In this document: piece by piece, positions 10,654 to 21,189 of the stretch | Numbering within the stretch: the stretch's first letter is position 1 | Layout: every line of letters begins with the position of its first letter | IMG/VR virus record: IMGVR_UViG_3300030376_006242 | DNA length: 64,000 nucleotides | Origin: a virus | Taxonomy: Duplodnaviria; Caudoviricetes | Reading direction: 5' to 3' (one strand) | Made by a program: the position numbers and the translations under genes | Notes under the pieces: model-generated | What the model saw: the letters and a program-made list of their open reading frames with translations, nothing else | Databases searched by the model: none | Told to the model about the DNA's origin: nothing

Positions 10654-11616
10654 ATGGCAACACTACAAGAGATAAGAGCAAAACTGAAAGAACAAGAATC
10701 TAAATCAGGTGGCTCTAATTCAAGAACAGGCGGAGACAACGCCATTTACCCATTTTGGAATCTAAAAGAAGGAGAGCAGGCAACTGTTCGTTTCTTGCCA
10801 GATGGTGACAAAGAAAACACTTTTTTCTGGAAAGAAAGGTTAATGATCAAATTACCTTTCGCAGGAATTAAAGGTGAAACTGATTCAAGACCAGTCCAAG
10901 TACAAGTTCCATGTATGGAAATGTACGGCGAGTCTTGTAATATCTTATCCGAAGTAAGAGGATGGTTCAAAGATCCTAAATTAGAAGATTTGGGGAGAAA
11001 ATATTGGAAGAAAAGAAGTTACATTTTCCAAGGTTTTGTAAAAGACGATCCAATCGGTGAAGAAAACACTCCAGAGAATCCAATTAGAAGATTCATAATT
11101 GGTCCACAAATATTCCAAATAATTAAAGGAGCATTGATGGATCCAGATATGGAAGACCTTCCAACTGATTCTGTGAACGGTGTTGATTTTAGAATTATCA
11201 AAACATCCAAAGGCGGATATGCTGATTATTCAACATCAACATGGTCTAGAAAATCTACTCCATTAACAGAAGAAGAAAACAAAGCGATTGAAAGCAATAC
11301 TCTTTTCAATCTTAATGATTTCCTTCCGAAAAAACCTAGCGAAGTAGAAGTTAAGGTTATGAAGGAGATGTTTGAAGCATCTGTTGACGGTGAAGCATAT
11401 GATCAAGATAAATTTGGTCAATACTTTAGACCGGCAGGCTTGTCATCAAGAACTGGTGATCCAGTAACTCCGAAAGCAGAAACTCCAGCACCAGCGGCTG
11501 AAGTGAAAGCACAACCGGTTGCTGAAACAAAGCAAGAAGCACCAAAGCCAACTGCTGAATCAAGCGGAAAAGCAGAGGACATCTTAGCAATGATAAGAGC
11601 AAGACAACAAAAATAA
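10654..11616 (+). CDS. gp32: Single-stranded DNA-binding protein
   Basis: VRFLPDG, YWKKRSY, GYADYSTS motifs; upstream of uvsX; GGAGG RBS. Confidence 0.85.
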   Translation: MATLQEIRAKLKEQESKSGGSNSRTGGDNAIYPFWNLKEGEQATVRFLPDGDKENTFFWKERLMIKLPFAGIKGETDSRPVQVQVPCMEMYGESCNILSEVRGWFKDPKLEDLGRKYWKKRSYIFQGFVKDDPIGEENTPENPIRRFIIGPQIFQIIKGALMDPDMEDLPTDSVNGVDFRIIKTSKGGYADYSTSTWSRKSTPLTEEENKAIESNTLFNLNDFLPKKPSEVEVKVMKEMFEASVDGEAYDQDKFGQYFRPAGLSSRTGDPVTPKAETPAPAAEVKAQPVAETKQEAPKPTAESSGKAEDILAMIRARQQK

Positions 11617-11627
11617 TAATAAGCACA

Positions 11628-11649
11628 TTGTGGGGAGGCAACTCCCCAC
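11628..11649 (+). terminator. GNRA-capped hairpin between gp32 and uvsX (terminator or stability element)
   Basis: TGTGGGGAG-GCAA-CTCCCCACA; no strong U tract. Confidence 0.55.
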
Positions 11650-11670
11650 ACAACTTAAAGGTAAAAAATT

Positions 11671-12732
11671 ATGGTAAAGGCATTTGACGTTAGTAAGTTT
11701 AGAAAAACTTTAACAAAATCCATCACTGGAATGAGTGCTGGGTTTCATGATCCAACAGATTGGATCTCTACAGGCAATTACGCACTTAACTATTTGGTAA
11801 GTGGTGATTTTAACAAAGGTATTCCATTAGGAAAAGTAACTGTATTCGCAGGTGAATCAGGAGCAGGTAAGTCATATATTTGTTCTGGTAACATTGTAAA
11901 AGCGGCACAGGATCAAGGTATCTTTGTAGTATTAATTGATTCAGAGAACGCACTAGATGAAACTTGGTTACAAGCATTAAACGTAGACACTGATGAGAAA
12001 AAATTATTAAAATTAAACATGAGTATGATTGATGATGTTGCTAAAACAGTATCAACATTTATGGATGATTATAAAGCAATGAGTGACGAAGACAGACCAA
12101 AAGTATTATTTGTTATTGATAGTTTGGGTATGTTGTTAACTCCAACAGATGTAGATCAGTTTACAAAAGGTGATATGAAAGGTGACATGGGTAGAAAACC
12201 TAAGGCACTTACAGCACTTGTAAGAAACTGTGTTAATATGTTTGGTAGTCATAATGTAGGACTTGTTGCTACAAACCACACATACGCATCGCAAGATATG
12301 TTTGATCCAGATGATAAGATATCAGGTGGACAAGGATTTATCTATGCTTCTTCAATTGTAGTAGCAATGAAAAAATTGAAACTAAAAGAAGATGAAGATG
12401 GTAACAAAGTTACTGATGTAAGAGGTATCAGAGCCGGCTGTAAAGTTATGAAAACTAGATATGCTAAACCTTTTGAAGGCGTACAAGTAAAAATTCCATA
12501 TGAAACTGGAATGAATCCTTACTCAGGACTTGTAGATCTTTTTGAGAAAAAAGGTATATTAGTAAAAGACGGTAACAGACTTAAATATGTTGATTCAAAA
12601 GGAACAGAAACAAAAGAATATCGTAAAGTTTGGGAAAGCGGTGGAGAATTGCTGGACAATATTATGAAGGAATTTGTTGATACTGATTCTAATGAAACTG
12701 AAAAAGAAACCGTTAACGCAGTTGAGGAATAA
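11671..12732 (+). CDS. uvsX: RecA-like recombinase
   Basis: GESGAGKS, IDSENAL, VIDSLG, TNHTY and ISGGQG motifs. Confidence 0.95.
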   Translation: MVKAFDVSKFRKTLTKSITGMSAGFHDPTDWISTGNYALNYLVSGDFNKGIPLGKVTVFAGESGAGKSYICSGNIVKAAQDQGIFVVLIDSENALDETWLQALNVDTDEKKLLKLNMSMIDDVAKTVSTFMDDYKAMSDEDRPKVLFVIDSLGMLLTPTDVDQFTKGDMKGDMGRKPKALTALVRNCVNMFGSHNVGLVATNHTYASQDMFDPDDKISGGQGFIYASSIVVAMKKLKLKEDEDGNKVTDVRGIRAGCKVMKTRYAKPFEGVQVKIPYETGMNPYSGLVDLFEKKGILVKDGNRLKYVDSKGTETKEYRKVWESGGELLDNIMKEFVDTDSNETEKETVNAVEE

Positions 12733-12951
12733 ATGATTGAAGGAACTCAAGTAGTTGAAATTTGGCAATTTTTTAGAGAGTACATGGATAGAAAACAACC
12801 TGTCGAAGTAGTTGCTGAAAAATTTGTAGATTTGATGGCAGACTATGGTGTTGGAGATGAAGATTTTCAAGATGCCTTAGGAGCAGATGACGATCTAGAC
12901 AAAGCAATTCAATATTATTTAGATACAGATTCCGAAGAAGAGGATTATTAA
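12733..12951 (+). CDS. Small acidic hypothetical protein
   Basis: Coupled between uvsX and uvsY. Confidence 0.7.
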   Translation: MIEGTQVVEIWQFFREYMDRKQPVEVVAEKFVDLMADYGVGDEDFQDALGADDDLDKAIQYYLDTDSEEEDY

Positions 12952-13409
12952 TGGCTGGGTGGTATCAGAAAATAGCAAAAGATATTGGTGTTATTCCTGA
13001 TGCCATCAGACATTATGAAAACGAATTAGAACAAGCAAAATCAGAAATAAGAATTAGAGGCAATATTGAAAAAGCATCAGCAGATATGCCTGGTATTGTA
13101 GAACAAAGATTTAATCAATTACAAGAAATTGAAGCAATACTACAATACATGAACATAGAATTACGTAGATTACGTTCAAAACATTTCAAAAAATATTTAG
13201 AAAATTATCAAAGAGCATTATCCAGCAGAGACGTTGAAAAATATGTAGACGGTGAGTCTGATGTTGTTGATTATGAAAAAATTATCAATGAATTCGCACT
13301 GTTAAGAAATAAATGGTTAGGTATTACAAAAGGACTTGACCAAAAGCAATGGCAAATGACTAACATAGTCAAGTTGAGAGTTGCTGGTATGGAAGACGCT
13401 TCTATATAA
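12951..13409 (+). CDS. uvsY: Recombination mediator
   Basis: Coiled coil with DVEKYVDGE and KQWQMTN motifs; adjacent to uvsX. Confidence 0.8.
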   Translation: MAGWYQKIAKDIGVIPDAIRHYENELEQAKSEIRIRGNIEKASADMPGIVEQRFNQLQEIEAILQYMNIELRRLRSKHFKKYLENYQRALSSRDVEKYVDGESDVVDYEKIINEFALLRNKWLGITKGLDQKQWQMTNIVKLRVAGMEDASI

Positions 13410-13444
13410 CATATCACCAAAAAACATTCCAATAAATATTCAAA

Positions 13445-14185
13445 ATGAACTTGAATATTCCATCATACATAATCACAATGCAGGGAAATACTGTCAGCGA
13501 AACATTAGCAAAAGAATGTATGGACTCTGCTAAAAAATTTGGATTGAATCCTGAAATATTTCCTGCTGTACATGGAAATCAAATTGATTCAGCATGGCGA
13601 GAGCACAATTTAAAATATTTTAAATTTAATCAACGTATAAAAAAATTAAATCAAGGCACGATTGGTTGCTTAATATCACATCTGTTATTATGGAAAAAAT
13701 GTATTGCTATTAAGAAGCCTATTTTAGTCCTTGAACACGATGCCGTTGTAATTCGTCCTATACCTAGTGTAATTACAGAAAAATTTACTGAAGTCTGCAA
13801 CTTAGATTGGTTAAGCAGATTAACATCAAACTACGATGAGGAAGTACAAGAAGATAGAGGCGATGATGTCACAATTTTTATGAAAAAACGTCCATCTGCA
13901 TCAGGTTTAGAACTTTATAATAAAACACACATCAAAGGTTCCCATTCATATATTGTTAAACCTCAAGGTGCACAAAGATTAATAGATTGGGTTTGGGCCG
14001 CAGGTGCTTTGTCTCCTGATGTTGTTATGAATAGTATCAGTTGTTCCCTAACGTATTCAAATACAAGTTATTGTAGAATAAATCCTAAATTTTGGGACTC
14101 TAAAAGGATGAAAGGTACTCGTTCTTTTTGTAGACCAACTGCAGAAGAGAAAATACAAATGAAAGAGACAAGAAATGCTGTTTGA
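13445..14185 (+). CDS. Glycosyltransferase family 25
   Basis: GCLISH..LW and LVLEHDA motifs. Confidence 0.8.
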   Translation: MNLNIPSYIITMQGNTVSETLAKECMDSAKKFGLNPEIFPAVHGNQIDSAWREHNLKYFKFNQRIKKLNQGTIGCLISHLLLWKKCIAIKKPILVLEHDAVVIRPIPSVITEKFTEVCNLDWLSRLTSNYDEEVQEDRGDDVTIFMKKRPSASGLELYNKTHIKGSHSYIVKPQGAQRLIDWVWAAGALSPDVVMNSISCSLTYSNTSYCRINPKFWDSKRMKGTRSFCRPTAEEKIQMKETRNAV

Positions 14186-15026
14186 CCATCAAGAAATTAA
14201 AGGAGACTTACCGGTAAACAAATCACACGTGTTGTTTTTTAGTTGTGACCCAAAATACTGGGCTGAACATGGTCAATATTTGGCAAAAAGTACTTTAACT
14301 TTGAATAAACAAAATCATATACACGTACACGTCCACATGATTTATGAATATGATCAAACACATAAATTAAAAAATTTGATAGACGATGAAAATATTACAT
14401 ACACCTACGAGATTCATGATAAAGGTTTTTATGACCAATTCACGCTGGCAAAAGACCATCCAATGTTCGGTAGAGGTCCAGAAATTTGTAACACAACCAC
14501 TGATGATGAATTAAAACGAAAAATTTATCTTTCTAGTGCAAGATTTTTTTACTTTGATAAATTTTTTACTAAAAATCAACACGTATTACAATTAGATGCC
14601 GACGGACTTGCTAGAGTAAGAGTACCATTGCAGGAATTTAAAGAGATTACCACAGAGCCTGCGGCAATGCGTAAACCTAAAGACCCAAAAGTGTACATTG
14701 CTAGTTGTGTAACACCTGGAATAGGTGATCTTGGAGATAAATTTAAAAAAGAATTATCGAGTAGTATGATCGAAGCATTCAAAAAACCAATTTACTGGTT
14801 TGTTGATCAACATATACTGAAAGAACTTTTAGATGCACGGGAGTTTGTTTCAATACCATACAAATGGAACAGTTGGGGACTTAAATCAGGAGGTGAAATT
14901 TTCAGTACAGCAAAAGGCACAAAAAAATATGGATTTAGATACAAGTCATTAAAATACGCTTGGTTCAAAGATAAAGAAAAATTAAAATTTCACAAAGAAA
15001 TGGCAAAAAAACATGACAAATCCTAA
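14175..15026 (+). CDS. GT-A-fold glycosyltransferase-like protein
   Basis: LQLDAD DxD motif and YWFVDQ. Confidence 0.55.
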   Translation: MLFDHQEIKGDLPVNKSHVLFFSCDPKYWAEHGQYLAKSTLTLNKQNHIHVHVHMIYEYDQTHKLKNLIDDENITYTYEIHDKGFYDQFTLAKDHPMFGRGPEICNTTTDDELKRKIYLSSARFFYFDKFFTKNQHVLQLDADGLARVRVPLQEFKEITTEPAAMRKPKDPKVYIASCVTPGIGDLGDKFKKELSSSMIEAFKKPIYWFVDQHILKELLDAREFVSIPYKWNSWGLKSGGEIFSTAKGTKKYGFRYKSLKYAWFKDKEKLKFHKEMAKKHDKS

Positions 15027-15594
15027 AGGTTATATTATACATTTAAAAAATCATGGAAACTCTATAGAATGGGCCAATCATGCTTTGGACACTGGTACAA
15101 AACTTGAATGGCAATTAGAATTGTATGACGGAGTAGACGGCACAAAAGAAAATTTAGACGACTATGGAGTAAAAATTTTCCCGCACAACAAAAAATGTGT
15201 AAGATTATTATCTCGACCAGGTACACAAGGATGTTTTCTAAGTCAATACAAATTATGGAATAAATGTGTGGAAGAAAATCAAGAAATTTGTATATTTGAA
15301 CATGATGTTGTTTTCAAAAAAACATTTTCGATAGACCAAAGTTTTAATGATGTTTTAAAATTTGAAGGATTTAAACCTGCTAAACCAATGCCAGTAGGAC
15401 AATGGTGGGAAGGTGCTAGAGCATACTGTTTGAAGCCGGAAGGTGCAAAAAAATTGATTAATTTTGTAAAAACACAAGGTGCCATGCCAGCAGATTGGTG
15501 TCTGAACTCAGGCATCTTGGACGTTGTTTTTGATAAATCTAATAAAGTAACATTTGATCAGAAAAAATTCAGTTTTACAAAGGATTTAAAATGA
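15013..15594 (+). CDS. Glycosyltransferase family 25
   Basis: GCFLSQYKLW, IFEHD and AYCLKPEGAKKL. Confidence 0.8.
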   Translation: MTNPKGYIIHLKNHGNSIEWANHALDTGTKLEWQLELYDGVDGTKENLDDYGVKIFPHNKKCVRLLSRPGTQGCFLSQYKLWNKCVEENQEICIFEHDVVFKKTFSIDQSFNDVLKFEGFKPAKPMPVGQWWEGARAYCLKPEGAKKLINFVKTQGAMPADWCLNSGILDVVFDKSNKVTFDQKKFSFTKDLK

Positions 15595-16370
15595 AAAAGT
15601 TAATATTTCAAGTTAGTGTGGGTAAACCAAGCAAACTTTATACAACTTGTATTGATAGTGTAGCAAAATATTGTAAAAAATATAGTATAGATCACATTGT
15701 TCTGACTGAACCCAAACTAAGAATACGTCCTGACTTGAATAGAACAGGTAGAAGCAAACAAGCAGTAGAAAAATTAGGTTATTTGCCTATCTACGAGAAA
15801 GAAAATGCTTTTGAATATTTCGATAGATACGATCAGATAGCCATAGTGGACAGCGACATATACATAAAGTCAACTGCACCTGATATATTTTTAGACTTAC
15901 CACAAGAATATGACTTCGGTGGTGTTGCTGAAAGAGAATTACCATTAACACCTAAATATCAAAACAAAATTACCAAATATTCACGTAGTGCTTTTACAAA
16001 TCTGAAAGATGTTGACTGGCGTTGGAATAATTTAGGAGCAGAATTTTATAACATGGGTCTAATGGTGATGAATAAATCATTCGCTACATATTTGAAAGGA
16101 CAAACCCCTAAAGAATTTATTTCAAGACCTGAATTTAAGGATTTTGTTGATGGCGTTGGATTTTACAAATGGAGCACAGATCAGATGTTGTTGAACTGGT
16201 TTGTAAAAAAAGAAAAAATGAAATGTAAAAACATGGACTGGCGTTGGAACTCATTATACACAGCAGTAACGAAGGATAGACAACAAGAAAGTTTCTTCAC
16301 ACACTTCTTTTTAAGAGATCATTTACCCAACCGCGGTGAAAACATAGAAGAATTATTAGGAAAAATATGA
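15591..16370 (+). CDS. GT-A glycosyltransferase (GT8/GT34-like)
   Basis: IVDSDI, YNMGLMV and TDQMLLN. Confidence 0.7.
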   Translation: MKKLIFQVSVGKPSKLYTTCIDSVAKYCKKYSIDHIVLTEPKLRIRPDLNRTGRSKQAVEKLGYLPIYEKENAFEYFDRYDQIAIVDSDIYIKSTAPDIFLDLPQEYDFGGVAERELPLTPKYQNKITKYSRSAFTNLKDVDWRWNNLGAEFYNMGLMVMNKSFATYLKGQTPKEFISRPEFKDFVDGVGFYKWSTDQMLLNWFVKKEKMKCKNMDWRWNSLYTAVTKDRQQESFFTHFFLRDHLPNRGENIEELLGKI

Positions 16371-17029
16371 AAAATATAATATTACAACATTGGTCAGGAG
16401 AACTAGGACCTCTAGAATTGGCATCTAAAGCAAATATGGAAAAATATGCCAAACATTGTGGTGCTGAATATCAATTAATTTTAGGAAACCAGTTTCATCC
16501 AAAGTTACATTCATGTTATCAAAAATTAATAATGTTAGACAAAAGATTTGACAAATATCAAGATACATTAATGGTAGATTTAGATATGTTTGTGGTAAAA
16601 AATGTTAAAGAAAATGTGTTCCATGTACCAGGAGTTGGATTAAATTCAAAAGTACAAAAAGATATTTTCAAGGCTATGTGTAAAGGTAAAAAATATCGAT
16701 CAGTTACAGATAAAAATGGTCCTTTTTGGGGTGGAGCATTTTGGAAATTTACCAATGAGCAAAGAAAACAATTAAGAAAATTTATAGTGGATAAAGAACT
16801 GAAAATATTCAATAAAAATTTTAATGATGAGGGAGCAATTCACAGATTAGCAACTCTAGCCGGTTTAAAACAAATAGATGTGCCAGAAGAATGGTGTTGG
16901 GGAAATTGTTTTCCTGGATATGAAAACGCAAAAATGATACATATCAGACACAAATTTAAATACGCAGGACCAAAAGTTCCTAAATTAGAAGTTTTTGAAC
17001 AACTGAAAAAAGAAGGAATTTTTGAGTAA
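16367..17029 (+). CDS. GT-A glycosyltransferase-like protein
   Basis: MVDLDM and NDEGAI. Confidence 0.6.
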   Translation: MKNIILQHWSGELGPLELASKANMEKYAKHCGAEYQLILGNQFHPKLHSCYQKLIMLDKRFDKYQDTLMVDLDMFVVKNVKENVFHVPGVGLNSKVQKDIFKAMCKGKKYRSVTDKNGPFWGGAFWKFTNEQRKQLRKFIVDKELKIFNKNFNDEGAIHRLATLAGLKQIDVPEEWCWGNCFPGYENAKMIHIRHKFKYAGPKVPKLEVFEQLKKEGIFE

Positions 17030-17088
17030 TCAGTTGTGCCGATGATGTCAAATAGTGGCACATAAATATTTTCCAACAAGGAGATATA

Positions 17089-17943
17089 ATGAAAATATTG
17101 GTAACAGGTGCAACCGGATACATCGGTGCCCACTATGTTAAAGTTGCGGCAGAACATGGTCATGAAGTAGTCGCTACTGATTTTAATTTTAATCAAAATA
17201 ACATAGAAAAATATTCATCACAAATTATTGATTGGGACTTTCGTAAACCTTCGCCAATGAAGATGTCGTTTGACAAAGTAGTGCATATTGGAGCAATGGG
17301 TTCAGTGCCTTTGTCAGTAAAAAATCCTTGGTTATATTATGAAACGAATGTAGTTGGTACAAAGAACGTAATTGACTTTGCTGAATGTGATCACTTTGTT
17401 TATTGTTCTACAGGTTCAGCATTTGACCCTGCGGCATCACCATATGCTACTACAAAGTATGGTGGCGAATTACTTACAAAACAGTTTAAAGAGAATTACA
17501 GTCTCGTTCGATTCTACAATGTGTGTGGTAATGACGGCTTTAATAAATTTGACACCAAATATTCTCATCTAATAAGAAAAGCCGCGGCAGTGGCAAACGG
17601 AAAATTTGATACACTTGAAATCTTTGGTACTGATTATGATACTCGCGATGGAACTTGTATTAGGAATTATACTCATGTAGTAGACATTGTTGATTCTCTA
17701 CAAAAAGTTGTAGAAAATAAACCAACCGGAGTTATAGATTGTCTTGGATCGCCAGAAGGTGTATCTGTGAGAGAAGTTATTGATACAATGTGTAACGTAT
17801 CAAAGAAAAATCTACATATCGTTGAAAAAGGAAGAAGACTAGGTGATATTGCTATATCAACTGTACCAGATAAATCAATTTACTTTAAGCAAACTAAATC
17901 AGTTGCTGATATGTGTATAGATGCTCTGGAGCATGAAGTATGA
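17089..17943 (+). CDS. galE: NAD-dependent epimerase (UDP-glucose 4-epimerase-like)
   Basis: TGATGYIG, YxxxK (YATTK), RFYNV and DYDTRDGTCIRNYTHV. Confidence 0.88.
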   Translation: MKILVTGATGYIGAHYVKVAAEHGHEVVATDFNFNQNNIEKYSSQIIDWDFRKPSPMKMSFDKVVHIGAMGSVPLSVKNPWLYYETNVVGTKNVIDFAECDHFVYCSTGSAFDPAASPYATTKYGGELLTKQFKENYSLVRFYNVCGNDGFNKFDTKYSHLIRKAAAVANGKFDTLEIFGTDYDTRDGTCIRNYTHVVDIVDSLQKVVENKPTGVIDCLGSPEGVSVREVIDTMCNVSKKNLHIVEKGRRLGDIAISTVPDKSIYFKQTKSVADMCIDALEHEV

Positions 17944-18665
17944 CCTTATGGGAAAGGATGTTAACAAGTATTCAATTTGAATTTAGAAATAAAGAAAACT
18001 TCCTACAGCATAAAACTATTTCAAAAACAATCAGTCCAAATCAAAGAAAAAATACATTAATTCATTTAAATTACGTTAAGAAAGACAAATATTTTTTGAA
18101 TGAAGTCTTACCTAAAGTTCTTGATTCAACAGTTGGTGGCCCAAAACTATTCCAAGGAGTCAGTCAAGGAACTGCTCAGCATTGTCATTACTTAATGGTG
18201 ATGCTAGAACATCTTGGTTTAAAGATAACAGACTTTAATCATATATCCGATATTGGAGGCGGGTATGGTAATTTCTATAGAATGGCAAAGTTGTTAGGAT
18301 ACAAAGGAAATTTTGATATAGCCGATTTTCCAGTGATGCATGAAATACAAGAATATTATATAAAGCAACATAATCTTGATATGCCAAATTTTATCGGCAT
18401 TAGAGATTTAAATCCAGTTAGTAAAAGCATTCTTTTTGGATTTCATAGTATTAATGAAATGCCTCTTTCTGATAGAAATATTCTTGAAAAAAAGTATTAT
18501 CTTTATGACCATGTAATGATACTTTACAATAGTATATTTGACGGTATTGACAACTTTGAATATTTTAGTAGTTTAAAAGAACGCATGAGTAAAGATTTCA
18601 CAGTAAACATAATTCAAGCACCACTGAAATCTAACGGTGCTTTTTTTATAGGATCAAAAAAATGA
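17940..18665 (+). CDS. Putative sugar O-methyltransferase
   Basis: DIGGGYG SAM motif and HSINEMP. Confidence 0.65.
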   Translation: MTLWERMLTSIQFEFRNKENFLQHKTISKTISPNQRKNTLIHLNYVKKDKYFLNEVLPKVLDSTVGGPKLFQGVSQGTAQHCHYLMVMLEHLGLKITDFNHISDIGGGYGNFYRMAKLLGYKGNFDIADFPVMHEIQEYYIKQHNLDMPNFIGIRDLNPVSKSILFGFHSINEMPLSDRNILEKKYYLYDHVMILYNSIFDGIDNFEYFSSLKERMSKDFTVNIIQAPLKSNGAFFIGSKK

Positions 18666-19816
18666 ACCCAAATGATTTGTTAACGCACAAACGATTTGAC
18701 GTCGTTGTCAAATATATGTATGCGAAGAATCTATCAAGTGAATTTTATAAAAGTGTCTACAAAGAACATCTCAGAATTTGGAATGGCTTTAAGGAAGGAA
18801 ACCCAAAAAAGAATGGGTTTGAAGAATTTGACAATGCCTTTAAATCAATTATTAATAACACAGTCGATGAACCAGTTCCAGTAAATCCTGACGGACATAT
18901 TGCCAATGGTGCTCATAGATTAGCCGCCGCATTATATCATCAAAGACCTATTAATACTAGAAGTACAAATTCAGATGAAAATTATCCCATTGAAGCCGAT
19001 TATAGAGTCTTTTTAAATAAAGGGTTACATAAGCATATGTTACAAAGAACTGCACTGGAGTATGCTAAACTAAAATCCAATACTCATGTTATATGTTTGT
19101 TTCCTATTGCCCATTCACGCTTTGATGAAGTAATCAATATAATTAAGAAACATTCTAATATATTTTACAAATCATCAGAAGTAATAAATCGCACAGGACA
19201 ACTTGGTTTAATAAAAGAAATATATCTTTCTGATGGTTGGGCAAGTGAAAAAGGAATAATGAAAAAATGTAAACAGTGTTTCAGAGGAAATAACAATGTA
19301 ACCTTTCTGTTAATAGATGCACAAAATCTTGAAATTGTAAAAGAAATGAAAAAAGAGATAAGAGCATTATTCAAAGTTGGTAATCATTCTGTTCACATTA
19401 ATGACTATCATGAAGACACAATTCGCATAGCAAAAACAGTATTCAATGACAATAGCCTACATTTTCTTAATAATAGGAAAAACGTTTTGTTTCCCAATTA
19501 CAAAAAACTAATGACTAACATTAAACCAAATGACAATGAAATAATCACAGGTTCAACAGTCCTATCATTATATGGATTACGAGACTGTAAAGATATAGAC
19601 AAAATTTATTACAATAATCCACCTGCTGACTCTCATAATCAATATGTGGGAACACTGTATAAATTGACTCTAGATGATATTTTTAATAATCCAAAGCATC
19701 ATCTATATTACAATGGATTTAAATATGTTTCTCTTGAAGTTATAAAAAATATGAAGCAAATACGGAATGAACCAAAAGATATTATAGACGTAAGATTAGC
19801 AGAGCAAATAAAATGA
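18662..19816 (+). CDS. Multidomain protein: ParB/Srx-like N-terminus and nucleotidyltransferase-like C-terminus
   Basis: NGAHRLAA; GSTVLSLYGLRDCKDID. Confidence 0.5.
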   Translation: MNPNDLLTHKRFDVVVKYMYAKNLSSEFYKSVYKEHLRIWNGFKEGNPKKNGFEEFDNAFKSIINNTVDEPVPVNPDGHIANGAHRLAAALYHQRPINTRSTNSDENYPIEADYRVFLNKGLHKHMLQRTALEYAKLKSNTHVICLFPIAHSRFDEVINIIKKHSNIFYKSSEVINRTGQLGLIKEIYLSDGWASEKGIMKKCKQCFRGNNNVTFLLIDAQNLEIVKEMKKEIRALFKVGNHSVHINDYHEDTIRIAKTVFNDNSLHFLNNRKNVLFPNYKKLMTNIKPNDNEIITGSTVLSLYGLRDCKDIDKIYYNNPPADSHNQYVGTLYKLTLDDIFNNPKHHLYYNGFKYVSLEVIKNMKQIRNEPKDIIDVRLAEQIK

Positions 19817-20631
19817 AAAATTTAATTTATCAAGTGTGGGCTGGTGAGATGAGACCTGGTTGTAGATACAGTGAAAAACTTTTTAGACAATATGCACAAA
19901 GCATTGGAGCAGATTACAGATTAGATATAGATCCTAATATTGCCAGCAAGTATGTTAAAGGTAAAAACGGTATGTACTTTGAATGGTTGAACCCTATGTT
20001 AGATGATTCATTTTTAGAATACGACAAAGTCTGTGTAATTGATTTAGATGTTTTTCCAGTCGAGAATTTGACAGCAAATATTTTTGACGAGCCAATTAAA
20101 GACTTTGGCATCTGTACTGAACCCTTCCAAGGCAAGTATCGCGAATCTACAACTATAGGTAAAAACATAAACAAGAAAAGTGATGAACGTTGGGCTCAAG
20201 CAATTAAATCAAAATACGGTGCGACTATGCCTCGAGATTCCGACGGTCATCTCAAAGTATATAATGCTGGTATGGTGATGTTCACAAAGAAAGGTATGCA
20301 ACTCGCTAGAGAAAAATTTGTACCCTTTAAAGAATATATGCATTATATTAAATCTTGTGGCTTAGGTAGATTCTATAGAGTGGATCAAAATTATTTTCAT
20401 GCCATGATGGTGACGCATAGTGAATACACTGAAATGCATAATGGATGGAATAATTATATCCACGGTGTTTGTGGTCCTTTAGCATTACAAGATACAATTA
20501 ATGATAGTAGGGACACATCTACTAAATTTGTTCATGTTCAATTGCGTGGTGCAGATTATTTTAGTGACGAACAACTATATCATATTACAAATTCAGCAAG
20601 ATCAAAATGGAACGTGGAAGGTATATCATGA
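19813..20631 (+). CDS. GT-A glycosyltransferase
   Basis: VIDLDV, YNAGMV and VDQNY. Confidence 0.65.
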   Translation: MKNLIYQVWAGEMRPGCRYSEKLFRQYAQSIGADYRLDIDPNIASKYVKGKNGMYFEWLNPMLDDSFLEYDKVCVIDLDVFPVENLTANIFDEPIKDFGICTEPFQGKYRESTTIGKNINKKSDERWAQAIKSKYGATMPRDSDGHLKVYNAGMVMFTKKGMQLAREKFVPFKEYMHYIKSCGLGRFYRVDQNYFHAMMVTHSEYTEMHNGWNNYIHGVCGPLALQDTINDSRDTSTKFVHVQLRGADYFSDEQLYHITNSARSKWNVEGIS

Positions 20632-21188
20632 TAGTAGCAAATCTTAAAGAAGCAACAAACATCACTGAGTATCAAACTTCGTTAAAACAACAATTACAAA
20701 AAGCACATGGCGAACAATACACAGATTATCTAGACGAAATTTCTAGATTAACAAAAAATTGTAAATCTTATAGAGAAATAGGTACGTTTCAGGGTGCTTC
20801 TACATCTACAGCATTGATGAACAATATCCCATATGTTGAAACTATTGACCTTGACTTTGTTCATATTAATCCACATAAACATATTTTTGAAACACACGCA
20901 CAACAAAATCAAATCGAATTTAAAATGATTCAGACTGATTCACTGAAATACAACATAGATAAAAAAACTGAAGTGCTTTTAGTAGACGGATATCATAACG
21001 CAAAACACGTGGCAAAAGAATTAAACAAGTATGCTCCGTGGACAGCACACACTATTGTTCTACATGATACGACACTATTTCCAAGATTATGGAAAACTGT
21101 AAATAATTTTTTATCGTCTAATCAAGACTGGAAACTTGTTTATAGGCACACAGTGAATGCAGGCTACACGGTATTAGGAAAGAAATAA
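20628..21188 (+). CDS. Class I SAM methyltransferase (Methyltransf_24-like)
   Basis: EIGTFQGAS, VDGYH and LHDT. Confidence 0.75.
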   Translation: MIVANLKEATNITEYQTSLKQQLQKAHGEQYTDYLDEISRLTKNCKSYREIGTFQGASTSTALMNNIPYVETIDLDFVHINPHKHIFETHAQQNQIEFKMIQTDSLKYNIDKKTEVLLVDGYHNAKHVAKELNKYAPWTAHTIVLHDTTLFPRLWKTVNNFLSSNQDWKLVYRHTVNAGYTVLGKK

Positions 21189-21189
21189 A

